This document shows, piece after piece, positions 9,871 to 23,223 of a DNA stretch of 64,000 bases. Within the stretch, counting starts at the first letter, position 1. The number at the start of each line of letters is the position of its first letter. Under the pieces are notes generated by a model. The model had not been told where the DNA came from, did no database searches, and saw only the letters and a program-made list of their open reading frames with translations. The translations under genes and the position numbers were made by a program. Source of the DNA: Heterodontus francisci. Lineage: Eukaryota. The DNA is taken from the NCBI RefSeq assembly GCF_036365525.1, contig NC_090377.1, forward strand, positions 84,974,024 to 85,038,023, in the 5' to 3' direction.

Positions 9871-12800
9871 ATTTCAACCCTAAGCCACTAGACATAGCAG
9901 AAAGCTACAAATTTGGAAACAGAAATCAGAAAAGTAGTGAAACATTTGGTGAGTACATTGTGGCACTGAAGAATTTATTATTACATTGCAACTTTGCCAC
10001 ATTCTTAGACCTTGCATTACAAGACAGATTTGTCTGTGGATTAGTGGACAAAAGAATCAAATCAAAGTTACTAGACACACAAAAGCTTAAATTTGAGTGT
10101 GTAAGATTGCTCTTTCTTTGGAGATGGCATCAAAGAATGGTCAGGAATTTCTTTCTGTGCGAGTGACTAGTACAGCTTCTGTCCACTGTCAGAAGGCTTC
10201 CGTCAAGCCTGAAGTGGAGAGACCTCGTCAGAAGAGTGCTAGTGATAGTGGTTTGTTATCACTGTAAGGGCAGCCACAGTGCACGAGCATATCAGTACAG
10301 AAATGACAAATGCTTTAATTGCTAAAAGAAAGGTCATATTGCTACTGCTTGCTGAGCAAAGACCAAAGCAGGAAAGAGAACTCATTCCAGTGATAATAGA
10401 AAACAACGACATCACAAGGGTGGAGTTCACAATCTTGAAGCGAATCCAGAGTAACTATGTGATAAGGAGTTAGGACTGTACAGCATTTATGCTACTAGCA
10501 ATCACTTAAATGACAGAGACTTTTGTACAAAGATGTTGATAAATCAACAGTACAACATGCGTATCGATACGACTGCAGATTGCTCCATTATGAGTAGAGA
10601 TACATATAAGAGCTAATTCAGTAAAGTACCTCAAACTGAGAGCACTGTTGAATTGAAATCCGACTTCTATAAGCTGTTTGAAATGTGCGGACAAATGGAG
10701 TGCAATGTCCAATATAAAGTCAATTCCCTCAAGTTACTCATTTTTGTAGCAAGATATGTCAACAAACAAACGTTAATAGGCAAAGACTGGCTTCACAAGC
10801 TGAAGTTAGACTGGAAGCAAGGTTTCCAAGTTGAGATGACTAAGAAGATTGCAGCAACATTTTTGAGGACAGCTCTGAAGGTATGATCAGTGTGAAAGTG
10901 CACATCCAAATAAGGCCAAATGCAAAACTAGTAAATTGCAAGGCTAGGCAGATTCCTCTTGTTCTCAAAACCCAGGTTAAAGAGGAGCTAAAGAAACTGG
11001 AGAAGAATGATGTGCTAGTGAAAACTGACCATAGTGATTGGGCAACCCCAATTGTAGTAGTGCCCAAGTCAGACAAAATAGTGAGACTATGTGGGGACTG
11101 CAAAGTTACAATCAACCAGGCCGTGGATGATGAGCAGTATCCACTATCAACCTCTCAAGATTTGTTGGTGGAGTTAGTGGGATCTAAGCTATTCACAAAG
11201 TTGGATTTGTCCCTTGCTTATGCACAGCTCAATGTGGATTGAGCGAGTCAGCAGTATCTCATAATAATATTATATTCCTACACAAAGCTGCCCTATGTTG
11301 AGAAGTCTTCTCCAAAAATCTTCCAAGCTACAATGGATAAGATTTTGCAAGGAGTGTCACATTGCTTGTATAATCAGGATGATGTGTTGATTGCCACCGC
11401 AACAGAGGAAGAGAATCTTCAAGTGTTAGATGAAGTGTTAAAAAGGCTCAATTATCACAATGTGAAGTTGAAGTGTACCTTGGCTTGAAAATCAATAAAA
11501 AGGACTACAGCCAGTGCAAGAGAAGATAGAGGCAATAGTCAATGTCCCAAAGTCAAAAGATGTCTTTGAGCTTAGATCTTTTCTAGGCATGGTCCAATAC
11601 TACTCACAATTTCTGCTTAAGCTTGCATGGTGTTAGCTCTATCACATGAGTTGTTCAAGAAGTATGTGAACTGTAAACGTTCTAAAGAACAACAAGATGC
11701 TTACGATGCATGTAAAAGAAGCTTTACCAGTGATGCACTACTTGCTCATTATGGCACAAATCGTGACTTGAAGCTAGCGTATAACACTTCAAACTATGGA
11801 GTTGGAGCAGTGATCAGTCATGTGATGGATGATAGTCAAAAGAAGCCCATAGCATTTGCGTTGCGTACCCTGACAAAGAATGAAATCAACTACCTGCAGA
11901 TAGAAAAGGAAGTGCTTGGAATCATCTTCAATCCACCAATTTTAGTTGGATAGAAACTTCACGCTAGTAGCAGGTCATAAACCCCTAATAGCTATTCTGG
12001 GGCCAAAGTCTGCAATACTGATGATGGCAGCATCCAGGATGCAGCGGTGGGCTGTACTACCCTCGCAGTATAACTACAACAATGAATATTGCAGTTTGAA
12101 AGAGAATGCTATTGCTGACAAACTGTCACGTTTGCTGTATGGGGACTCAGAAGTGAAGGTGCAATCTTCACAGTAGGAGCAATAGATGATGATTTTCCAA
12201 TCACTGCAACTGAAATTGCAGCTGAAACTCAGAAAAATTCAGTGTTGTAAAGAGTCTACGAACAGACATTGATTGGATGGACAGAATTTGCCCAGTGTAC
12301 TGATGAACTGAAACCATTCCACAATCATCGCAATTAGTTGTCATATGAATAGGGTTGCATTAAGTGGGGTCATAGAGTGGTCGTACCTAGTTCTTTGAGA
12401 GATAGGATTTTGGTGAACTGCAAGAATAATCAGTATGAAATCCTTGGCAAGAGGTTTTGTTTATTGGCCTGGTCGCGACAGTGGTCTGGAATAATTCATT
12501 AGCAAAAGTACTAACTGCCAAAACTGTAGAAATAAGCCACCTAAAACTCCTTTGTTATCGTTGCCATGTCGAGTCGACCATTTCAGACAGTCCATGTAGA
12601 CATTTGTGGGATGGAAAATGACAATTTCTTAGTGCTCCTCAATAGCTACTTGAAGTGGATCGAAGTAAAGCACATGGGTCAAAACACCAATGCTGAATGA
12701 ATAATAGATGTGTTAGGATCTATTTTTGCTTCTCATGGTTTACCAGAAGGGTTTATCTCAGATAATGGTTCTCAATTTTGTTCTGCCCCATTCCAAAATT

Positions 12801-13521
12801 TCATGAAGCAAAATGAAATCAAACATACCCTCACTCCTCCATATCATCTGGAATCAAATGGAGCAGCTGAAAGATCCATAAGGATAGTTAAATATGCACT
12901 CAAGAAACAAGTGCTGCATGGGTGTTCAAATTTCAGTATGAAACAGCGGTTGGCTAATTTCCTGCTGAAGCATAGAACAACCACACACTCTACTACAGGA
13001 TATAAACCTGCTGAGCTTCTGATGAAGAGAAGGTTAAGGACACATTTGAGTCTGGCTCTACCAAACTTGACTGCTAAAGTTGAACAAAAACAGTTCAGTC
13101 AAAAACGTCAGTCTGATACAAACCAGAAAGAATGCAGTTTCAGGCAAAATGAGCATGTTCGTGTTTTGAGCTCCACTGACAAGTCACACAAGTGGGAGGT
13201 AGGAAATACAGTAGAGGTGCATGGAGCCAAAAGATACTTGGTTGAAATTGACAGAAAGGTGAGAAACGTTCATATAGATCACATGATCATGGCAAAGGAT
13301 AAACCAAACCATACGCTTGATCACGAGCTCATACCAGAGTTTCAACCAGTTCAGACTTCAGTGTGAAGTACCAATTTCTGAGAAAGAAACAAGATCTTCT
13401 TTAAGCACTGAACCAAAACCAAGTAGTCCAAAACCTGACTCTGCACCAAAACCTGTAAGGAGATCAGAAAGACTTTGTAAACCAGTAATTAAACTTGACT
13501 TGTAGATATAGTGCAATGAAG

Positions 13522-15912
13522 AGGATGGAAGGGGTCTTCGACAGTGCTATTAAGCGGCACTTGCTTTGCAATAACCTGCTCACTGACACTCAGTTTAACT
13601 TCTGCCAGGGTCACTCAGCTCCTGACCTCATTACAGCCTTGGTTCAAACATGGACAAAAGAGCTGAACTCAAGAGGTGAGGTGAGAGTGACTGCCCTTGA
13701 CATCAAGGCAGCATTTGACGAGTATGGCATCAAAGAGCCCTCGCAAAACTGAAGTCAATGGGGATCAGGAGGAAAACTCTCCATTGATTGGAGTCATACC
13801 TAGCACAAAGGAAGTTGGCTGTGGTTGTTGGAGGTCAATCACCTCAGTCCCAGGACATCATTGCAGGAGTTCCTCAGGATAGTGTCCTGGGCCCAACCAT
13901 CTTCAGCTGCTTCATCAATGATCTTCCCTCCATCATAAGTTCAGAAGTGGGGATGATTGCACAATGTTCAGTACCATTCACAACTCCTCAGATAGTGAAG
14001 CAGCCCATGTCCAGATGCGGCAAGATCTGGACAACATCCAGGCTTGGGCTGATAAGTGGCAAGTAACATTCGCGCCACACAAGTGCCAGTGTTACAGCTA
14101 AGTGAGGAGGGTGTCTCAGGCTCCCCTTTTTGCCCCTTCTCTTGTTTGGCCACAACAGGATTTATCATTTTTTTTAACACAGTGGCTGAGCTTACCACCT
14201 CAGTGAGTGGTTGCCCCTGTTCCTCTAACATGATTACAAAAGAACCAATCAGACATGTTTTCTTGAGTTTAAACAAGAAAGAGGTAAGTTTATCACACTT
14301 AACACTCTAACTCGATTTAAAATACTAAAAATACACTACACATTTCATGTACACATTCACACGAGAGTCACACACACACAAATAGATTACAGAGGGAAAC
14401 AGATTTGGTGGTTGGATTAAAGTCTGGAATAAATGGAATTTAAATACAGTATGTGAGTCCAATAGTCCTCAGCTGAAATTGTAGTCTTGAAGTCCTCGCT
14501 GGGCCACGTGCCCAGTGGTTGCCAAACTCAGGGCTCCTGATGGCAGAAGGGCGGTGGTTGATTCTCATCCTCTGGTTGCTGGCTGTAGCGGTCTGTAGGC
14601 TTGTGGGGGGTATTTTCCAGTCACAGCTGGATCTTCTATTGATATTTGATGGGGAGAGAGAGAGAGAGAGAGAGAGCCTGCTTTGTTGCTGGCTTTTCAG
14701 TTACTGCTCCTGCTGTCTGTGTGACAAAGCTTACAGTTTCTTCAGAGCTGCGCAGGCAGTCATATGGCTCTATCAAACCCCTTTGTTTTTAATGAGGTTT
14801 TTTCTGGAACCTTCTCTGAGATTCAAGGTGCTAGATGCCCTAGGAGGTCTAATCACACTTGGAAGGGGTTGGCTCTTACAAAGTCAATGGGTATAGATGG
14901 CCTTGACGACCATGTTGATGAAGCCATTTTAGGTAATTCAATCACTGAGAGCAAGCCATTATTCTGGCTGAGCTTGCTTAGACTTTTCATCTCCAGTTTA
15001 ATCTCCTGGTGTTACAAATGTAAATTGCAGTGGCCATCTTGACTGCCAGTTTTTTAAAAGTTAACTTGTAGGATTTTTCCATGAAAAATCTAACATAAGG
15101 TTCCAACCGATGAAATTAATATTTCTCATTTGGCATATAGGGTTTTCATGACACCAGGCAATGACCATCTCCAACAAAAGAGAATCTAACCATCTCCCCT
15201 TGATGTTCAATGACATTACCATCATTGAATACCCCACTATCAACATCCTGGGGGTTACCATTGACCAGAAACTGAACTGGACCAGCCACATAACTACTGT
15301 GGCTACAAGAGCAGGTCAGAGGCTGGGAATTCTGTGGTGAGTAACTGACCTCCTAACTCCCCAGTATCTGTCCACCATCTATAAGGCACACGCCAGGGGT
15401 GTGATGGAATACTCTTCACTTGCGTGGATGAGTGCAGCCCCAACAACACTCAAGAAGCTTGACACCATCCAGGACAAAGCAGCCCGCTTGATTGGCACCC
15501 CATCCACTACCTTCAACATTCACTCCCTTCACCACCAATGAACAGTGGCAGCAGTGTGTACCATTTACAAGATGCAGTGCAACAACTCAGCAACTCCTTC
15601 GACAGCACCTTCCAAACCCATGACCTCTACTACCTAGAAGGACAAGGGCAGCAGGTGTATGGAAACACCAGCACCTGTAAGTTCCCCTTCAAGCCACACA
15701 CCATCCTGACGTCCTGACTTAGAACCATCCTTCACTGTCGCCGGGTCAAGATCCTGGAACTCCCTCCCTAATAGCACTGTTGGTGCACCTACACCTCAAC
15801 GACTGCAACGGTTCAAGAAGGCAGCTCACCACCACCTTTTCAAGGGTAATTAGGGATGGGTAATAAATGCTGGCCTAGCCAGCGATGCCCACATCCCATG
15901 AACGAAAAAAAA
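13522..15912 (+). mobile_element. CR1-group LINE 3' fragment (same family as 2773-5266) split by a solo LTR
   Basis: GHSAPDLITALVQTWTKELN, ALDIKAAFD; identical tail CCCACATCCCATGAACGAAAAAA. Confidence 0.88.
14090..15153 (-). mobile_element. Solo LTR
   Basis: TGTTACA..CATGACA termini with CCAG TSD (14086-14089 / 15154-15157); similar layout to the LTR at 45863. Confidence 0.85.
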
Positions 15913-16815
15913 AAGAGAAACAAAAAGAAAAATACTTTTTTTGAAGTGGAAGCAGTGAAAAGCATTTGTATATTATGCTAATGAAGTAGTAGCATAAACT
16001 AACACTTTCTTGAACTGGCCATGCTTGACGTCCATCTTCTCTGCTCGGGCTGCCCAAATATAATACATTGCTGAAGATACTTTTAGTGGAACACTGAACC
16101 AAAGATACTACTATTGTTCAATAACCAGCACTTCGAACTCTTGGCATGCTTTGGGCTTGGCTAACTGATAGATCGCAACCAGAATATCCTACATCAAAGT
16201 GCCTCAGAAAGAGCCTCTGTTGTGTATTGCACTGAGTAAGCTTAACACGCAGACTTACTGTATGCAGCCATTATTGAACAAACATTCTTTTTACCTCCCC
16301 AACAGTGAGGGCAGCAGATAGGGCAGTATAACAAAATGGTCAGCCATTTCAATATACTACACGCCTTGTCCACTTTAAAAAAACAACTTATGCATTTAAA
16401 ATGTAAAATTGTACATGAACATAATTTTCCAGAATACAATAACAATACTTGAAATTTAACAAGTTGGGTTGCATGCTTATTGTTACTATAATCACAGATA
16501 AAACATATAAGACCAATATTTCCAGAGGATTTACATGTGTACAAAGTTGTTTTGCCTCAGCACCAGTGTGTCTTTAACAAAAATATGATCTTTTGACAAG
16601 AAGTAATGAATAAAACAACTTATTTCTTCTTCCATCCTACATACTTTCAATTAACCTATCTGGCAACTTCCTCTTTCTGTATGGGTATCTTTTTCCATTT
16701 CCATTAGCTTGACTGCTCTCTCAACATCTCAGACTGTGTCAACCCTGAACTTTGACTTTGACTACCAACTTCACTTAATGGTTGCAACTATGAAATTGAT
16801 TTATTAGTCTTAATC

Positions 16816-18020
16816 TTAATGCCCTTTCCTATCCTGAGTGGTGTGAAACAGGGCTGTGTTCTCGCACCCACACTTTTTGGGATTTTCTTCTCCCTGCTGC
16901 TTTCACATGCGTTCAAATCCTCTGAAGAAGGAATTTTCCTCCACACAAGATCAGGGGGCAGGTTGTTCAACCTTGCCCGTCTAAGAGCGAAGTCCAAAGT
17001 ACGGAAAGTCCTCATCAGAGAACTCCTCTTTGCTGACGATGCTGCTTTAACATCTCACACTGAAGAATGCCTGCAGAGTCTCATCGACAGGTTTGCGTCT
17101 GCCTGCAATGAATTTGGCCTAACCATCAGCCTCAAGAAAACGAACATCATGGGGCAGGATGTCAGAAATGCTCCATCCATCAATATTGGCGACCACGCTC
17201 TGGAAGTGGTTCAAGAGTTCACCTACCTAGGCTCAACTATCACCAGTAACCTGTCTCTAGATGCAGAAATCAACAAGCGCATGGGTAAGGCTTCCACTGC
17301 TATGTCCAGACTGGCCAAGAGAGTGTGGGAAAATGGCGCACTGACACGGAACACAAAAGTCCGAGTGTATCAGGCCTGTGTCCTCAGTACCTTGCTCTAC
17401 GGCAGCGAGGCCTGGACAACGTATGCCAGCCAAGAGCGACGTCTCAATTCATTCCATCTTCGCTGCCTTCGGAGAATACTTGGCATCAGGTGGCAGGACT
17501 ATATCTCCAACACAGAAGTCCTTGAAGCGGCCAACATCCCCAGCTTATACACACTACTGAGTCAGCGGCGCTTGAGATGGCTTGGCCATGTGAGCCGCAT
17601 GGAAGATGGCAGGATCCCCAAAGACACATTGTACAGTGAGCTCGCCACTGGTATCAGACCCACCGGCCGTCCATGTCTCCGTTATAAAGACGTCTGCAAA
17701 CGCGACATGAAATCGTGTGACATTGATCACAAGTCGTGGGAGTCAGTTGCCAGCATTCGCCAGAGCTGGCGGGCAGTCATAAAGACAGGGCTAAATTGTG
17801 GCGAGTCGAAGAGACTTAGTAGTTGGCAGGAAAAAAGACAGAGGCGCAAGGGGAGAGCCAACTGTGCAACAGCCCCAACAAACAAATTTCTCTGCAGCAC
17901 CTGTGGAAGAGCCTGTCACTCCAGAATTGGCCTTTATAGCCACTCCAGGCGCTGCTTCACAAACCACTGACCACCTCCAGGCGCGTATCCATTGTCTCTC
18001 GAGATAAGGAGGCCCAAAAG
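16816..18020 (+). mobile_element. RTE-clade LINE, 5'-truncated, uninterrupted RT C-terminal ORF (383 aa)
   Basis: GVKQGCVLAPTLF, LLFADD, C-terminal CSTCGRACHSRIGLYSH; 10-bp TSD AGTCTTAATC at 16806-16815 and 18021-18030. Confidence 0.93.
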
Positions 18021-18438
18021 AGTCTTAATCAAAGACCCTGACTCACTTTGGTTTATCAGTGGATTCTGTGATACCGGCAAACTTTCAGTTTTTATGTGAC
18101 TCGTGTATTATGACTCATCTTCACTCTATCTTGTTTTACTCTTACTTTGCTATTGATGTCAGGCTTAAGCAAACTAGACCTTGTCCTGGAAGTGTGATTA
18201 GACACTAACTTGTAAGGTAAGCAACCTATTTCAGATTGTGGGGTTATTCTGTAAGAGAACAGAAAATTGTCTAGCCTGTGTCAAAGAGAAATATGAAAAT
18301 TACTGTCTAGCTTGTCACCTCAGTTTTGCATAAGGGAATGTGACTTAGGGATTTCTTGTACTCTCCTTCTGATGTAGCAGACACTGCAGCAGCTGCATCC
18401 AGAATGAAAGTAAGTTGTGAATTTTTGACTTTCATTTT

Positions 18439-19304
18439 GAACAAAAAAAACAAAGAACAAAGATAATTACAGCACAGGAACAGGCCCTTCGGCCCTCCAA
18501 GCCTGCGCCGATCCAGATCCTCTCTCTAAACATGTCGCCTATTTTCTAAGGTTCTGTATCTCTTTTCTTCCTGCCCATTCATGTATCTGTCTAGATACAT
18601 CTTAAAAGACTCCATCGTGCCCGCGTCTACCACCTCCGCTGGCAACGCGTTCCAGGTGCCCACCACCCTCTGCGTAAAGAACTTTCCACGCATATCCCCC
18701 CTAAACTTTTCCCCTTTCACTTTGAACTCGTGTCCTCTAGTAATTGAAACCCCCACTCTGGGAAAAAGCCTCTTGCTGTCCACCCTGTCTATACCTCTCA
18801 TGATTTTGTACACCTCAATCAGGTCCCCCCTCAACCTCCGTCTTTCTAATGAAAATAATCCTAATCTGCTCAACCTCTCTTCATAGCTAGCGCCCTCCAT
18901 ACCAGGCAACATCCTGGTGAACCTCCTCTGCACCCTCTCCAAAGCATCCACATCCTTTTGATAATGTGGCGACCAGAACTGTACGCAGTATTCCAAATGT
19001 GGCCGAACCAAAGTCCTATACAACTGTAACATGACCTGCCAACTCTTGTACTCAATGCCCCGTCCGATGAAGGAAAGCATGCCGTATGCCTTCTTGACCA
19101 CTCTATTTGCCTGCGTTGCCACCTTCAGGGAACAGTGGACCTGAACACCCAAATCTCTCTGGACATCAATTTTCCCCAGGACTTTTCCATTTACTGTATA
19201 GTTCACTCTTGAATTGGATCTTCCAAAATGCATCACCTCGCATTTGCCCTGATTGAACTCCATCTGCCATTTCTCTGCCCAACTCTCTAATCTATCTATA
19301 TTCT
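18439..19304 (-). mobile_element. CR1 (HER1-like) LINE 3' fragment
   Basis: ORF 18526-19263 with LVRPHLEYCVQFWSP, ERVQRRFTRM, FFTQRVV; short-repeat tail (CTTTGTT)n. Confidence 0.92.
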
Positions 19305-20293
19305 GACTGTGGGTGCTGGAATTATATCTTCAGCCCTTTTGCTCTCATCTTCCATGTACTGTTTTTCTTGCTCTCTGATGGAGTACAACTCTTGATCTTG
19401 GTGCTCGATAACATCAACTTCATTTTCCATATCTATCACATGCGCATTTGAGGACTTCCAGGCTACTTAACTAGCTTTAGGTCTATCACAATCTCAACCT
19501 GGTGCATTGCTGTGACCTGGAGCTTTACCGCGACTTGAAGCATTACTGTTTCCTCTACACCTGCATGCCATCTGGATATGACCGATTTTCCCACTGCCAT
19601 AATACTTCGACTGGAAATGGGGGCATTCAGATAGTTAGTGGCTACCATGGCAATGATAGAAACTAAATTTCTGACTTTGAGTCTGTGAACTTGGCTGCCA
19701 TGGCCTGGTTCCCATTGAAATAAAGTGGACCTCCCCTGCCAGTTCAGGAAAAGAGCTTACTTGCAATTTGCAACTATCACTTCTGGCTATTTCCATGGCT
19801 GTGGCCTCATCACAGGCCTCCTTCTATGTCAGCTTATGTCCTTTACTCAAAAGTTTGGCCTGGATTTTACTGTGCTTTAGCCCTCAAACAAACGTGTCTC
19901 TAATGTTGATTCTAAGTTTGCGCCTTACCCACAGTGACGAGAGAGTTACTTTAATTTGAGAATATAAACTGTAATATCTCACTCAGCAACTGCTTTCTTT
20001 CATGGAATGCAACTTGCAGTGCAATTTCATTCTTAGTTGTGCCATAATATGAGTTCTGAATCTCATTAATTTCAGAATAGTTCATAGTATTGGGGTCTCA
20101 TGGGCAACCTCCTCAAAAGCATCTGGCCCCATCAGGCGAGGAAAACATTTACTTTATCCTCATCTCTTATTTTATTAGCTTTTAGCCAAATGTGTAACCT
20201 GCGTTTGTAATTACACCAGTCCTCTTTGTTATGGTTGAATTCCCCCATTATCCCAAACTATGTCGTCAGTGCCATTTTCTTTCAGTTACGTAC

Positions 20294-20418
20294 CGTGCTG
20301 ACTCACTGAGTTGTACCTGAACATGATGTGCACACACTTGGCATAATCTTTCAAATTCCTCAAAATCAACTTTGGGAGTTCCAAAAAGTGTGCCACAATG
20401 TTCTTCAGATTGTAACTT
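20294..20418 (-). CDS. Host-gene exon (phase 0 to 2): KLQSEEHCGTLFGTPKVDFEEFERLCQVCAHHVQVQLSESA(R)
   Basis: Strong acceptor ttttttttacatttcattccAG, donor CACG|GTACGT, 125 nt open; possible alternative donor at 20317. Confidence 0.75.
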
Positions 20419-22109
20419 CTGGAATGAAATGTAAAAAAAAAATCAATCCCATCCTTGTCGCCATCTTTCTGTTGTGTATTGCACTGAGTAAACAGCCATT
20501 TTTGAGCAAACTTTATTTACACCTCCCCAGCAGAGAGGGTAGTAGAACAACATGCTCAGCTATTACAATATACTCCAGTCTTCCTCAAAGGAACACAAAA
20601 AGATACATTCCAAACAACATGCTGAAGCACAATTTGTATTTTCTCATTTAAGCTAAAAATAGTCATAATTTTACTTTTGATTTTTTTCATCACTCCCATC
20701 CAACAATTACTGTTTGTAATGTTGTCTCTGGTTGTACTGTGTGAAGGGTTGTCTTGCTATATTCTGGATTTTGTAGCTCCATGCGAATAAGGTGAAAGCT
20801 ACATTTCACATGATGAATCTCTCATACATACACAGATTTGTCATCATGGCCTGTAATTCTCAGGTCCTTTTCTATCTGTTTGTCATGTGCTCTGGGCTGT
20901 TATGGTGCAGTCTCAGTATTGTGAAGTAGGATCAAAACTAAAATTTCATTTCATTCTTTCTAAACTCATATAGAACATGTGCAGCTGAAATGATGTTTAT
21001 GAAAGTTATATATCTCTTCCAATTTTCATTTTCATTGGAGTCAATGTATAGCAGGTGGCTGATCCAATATTGCCTGGTTTACAGTATCACCCACAGTCAA
21101 AAGGACCTGCAATTAGTTTCTGTCACTTTGTGGTGGAGACTATTTTTAGTGTTACTTTATTCTTCAGTCTCAGTGCTGTCAGAAGTTGTATTTCTTTCCT
21201 TTGCAATTATTGTGATCTTCTGGTAAGGAATACTTTGGTGGGAAAGCCACTCTCATGATTGTGTCCAGCAGCAATTATAGCACAACATTTGAAACTGTCC
21301 AAGATCACTCCAAGTGCTTACAGAGTCTGAGAAAAAACTGAGCAGTACAAATAGGGAGACATCATTTGTGACTTCACGTTGAAGTGACAGCTTGTGCTCC
21401 TGAGGTAGGAAGACAACAATCTTCCTCCAATTAACATGCTTTTAGTATTTGAAAAAAATGGCCAAAAGAAAGTAATTCAGCGGTATGGTTGTTTTGGATC
21501 ATTTCTGGAATTCAGTGCCACAAGTATTACTAAGGAGGCAATTTAAATTTATGCTTGCAGCATTTCCCTTAATACAGATCACATGATTTTAACATTCTTT
21601 CAGTGAAGTCCCCAAACTTTGCAGAAATGGTATAATGTTTCTGTCGTTAACAAGCATTACATTCTCAGAATCATTGTGAGTAATTCCATAGGAAATCTGC
21701 TAGTTTTTATTTTAAATTGCTGCTTACACTTTGTTGTGGACTTCAAACAGTGCATACGAACACTAGAGTCATTTAAAAAGATTTGACTGAGTACAGCTTT
21801 CCTTCAGCCTTAATGTATATTTATAGTCATATGTAGGAAATCTAATACTGATATCATTGCATTGTTAGCAATTGAGATTGCATGATGGGAAGTGATGGAT
21901 AACAGAAATCAGTTGCTTATTTTCTTTAGAACATCAATCTCCTTTGTTTTAATTCTGTTTATATTGTATTCCATCAAAATTTTCTGTATTAAAAGTATTT
22001 ATTTTTTTACGGTCTTTTAAGCCTGTTTTAGACCTACACAGTTTTGATAGATACATTCATTGAATGTTGCTGGCTGTTGCCTGGTGTCGTACTAGTTTTT
22101 TTTTAAAGA

Positions 22110-22420
22110 TAAGACATTAAACTGAGGCCCCATCTGCCATCACAGGTGGATGCAAAAAATCCTATGACACTATTTTGAAGACGAACAGGGGAGTAATCCC
22201 TGGTGTCTTGACCAATATTTATCACTCAATCAACATCACTAAAACAGATAATCTGGTCATTATCACATAGCTGTTTTTGGGAACTTGCTGTGCTCAAATT
22301 GATCGCCACGTTTTCTACATTACAGCATTGACTACACTGGAAAACTATTTTATTGGCTGTGAAGCACTTTGGGACATACTGAGTATGTGAAAGGCACCAT
22401 ATAAATACAAGTCTTTCTTT
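22110..22420 (+). mobile_element. Deu-domain SINE 3' part
   Basis: GGTGGATGCAAAAAATCCTATGACACTATTTTGAAGA..CACTTTGGGACAT..ATAAATACAAGTCTTTC; homologous to 1-340. Confidence 0.75.
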
Positions 22421-22471
22421 ACTAGTTTTTAGCAGATTATACTATTAAGCAGAAGGAATAGTCCCTCTGAC

Positions 22472-22972
22472 TGGTTGACCACACCATCCTTCTCCAATGC
22501 CTCTCCACCTCATTCAGCCAGGTGGAACTGCACTCGACTGGTTCCATTCTTATCCATCCTAATCATAGCAAGAGTATCACCTGAAGTTGCTTCTTTTCCT
22601 GCTCCTGCACTGTTAGTTTTGGTATCCCTCAGGGATCAAACCTTGGCCCTTCCTCATCCACATGCTACCCCTTGGCGGCATCATTCAAAAACAGAGCATC
22701 AGTTTTCACATGTACGCTAACACTCAGCTCTATCTCACCATCACCCCTCTCAACTCTTGCACTATTGCTAACTTATCAGACTGCTTATCCGACATCCAGT
22801 AATGGATGAGCAGAAATTTCCTCCAATTAAATATTGGGAAGACTGAAGCCATTGTCTTCATTCCCTGCTACAAACGTTGTTCCCTAGCTACTGAGCCCAT
22901 CCCTCTCCCAGCAACTGTCTGGGGCTGAACCAGACTATTTGCAACCTGGGTGCCATATTTGGTGCTCAGGTG
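22472..22972 (+). mobile_element. L2 LINE fragment (RT region, decayed)
   Basis: GTTGACCACACCATCCT..CTATCTCACCA..AATATTGGGAAGACTGAAGCCATTG, homologous to the L2 at 25385-27100. Confidence 0.7.
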
Positions 22973-23223
22973 AGCAAATACAATGTCTGGTGGCATTGAA
23001 ACTGAATGAAACTGCTTCAGTGACACAGTCCATAATGCAGCTTTGGATGTCTTCACCCCATCTATCCTTAAACACCGTGACTGGTTTGATTAAAATATAT
23101 TAAAAAAATCTATTTGAAGAAAATCACCACCTGCACTCAACATGCATAAAGAACAATCATCAACCAAGAAGAAACAAGTTTATGATAGAATTTGCAAACT
23201 AGTCTAGACTAAACTAGACATAA

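Larger units (their letters stand above)
7412..16067 (+). mobile_element. Degenerate Ty3/gypsy LTR retrotransposon with several nested insertions
   Basis: Similar short LTR-like segments at 7412-7521 and ~15960-16067 (ATTTGTAyATTATGCTAATGA..CCCrAATATAwTACA); gag (EPFSSYIERMDMFF; NPKPLDIAESYKF; DRFVCGL), RT (WATPIVVVPK, TKLDL), RNase H (KPIAFA, QIEKE), integrase (ISDNGSQF, PPYHLESNGAAER) ending 13505. Confidence 0.88.
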
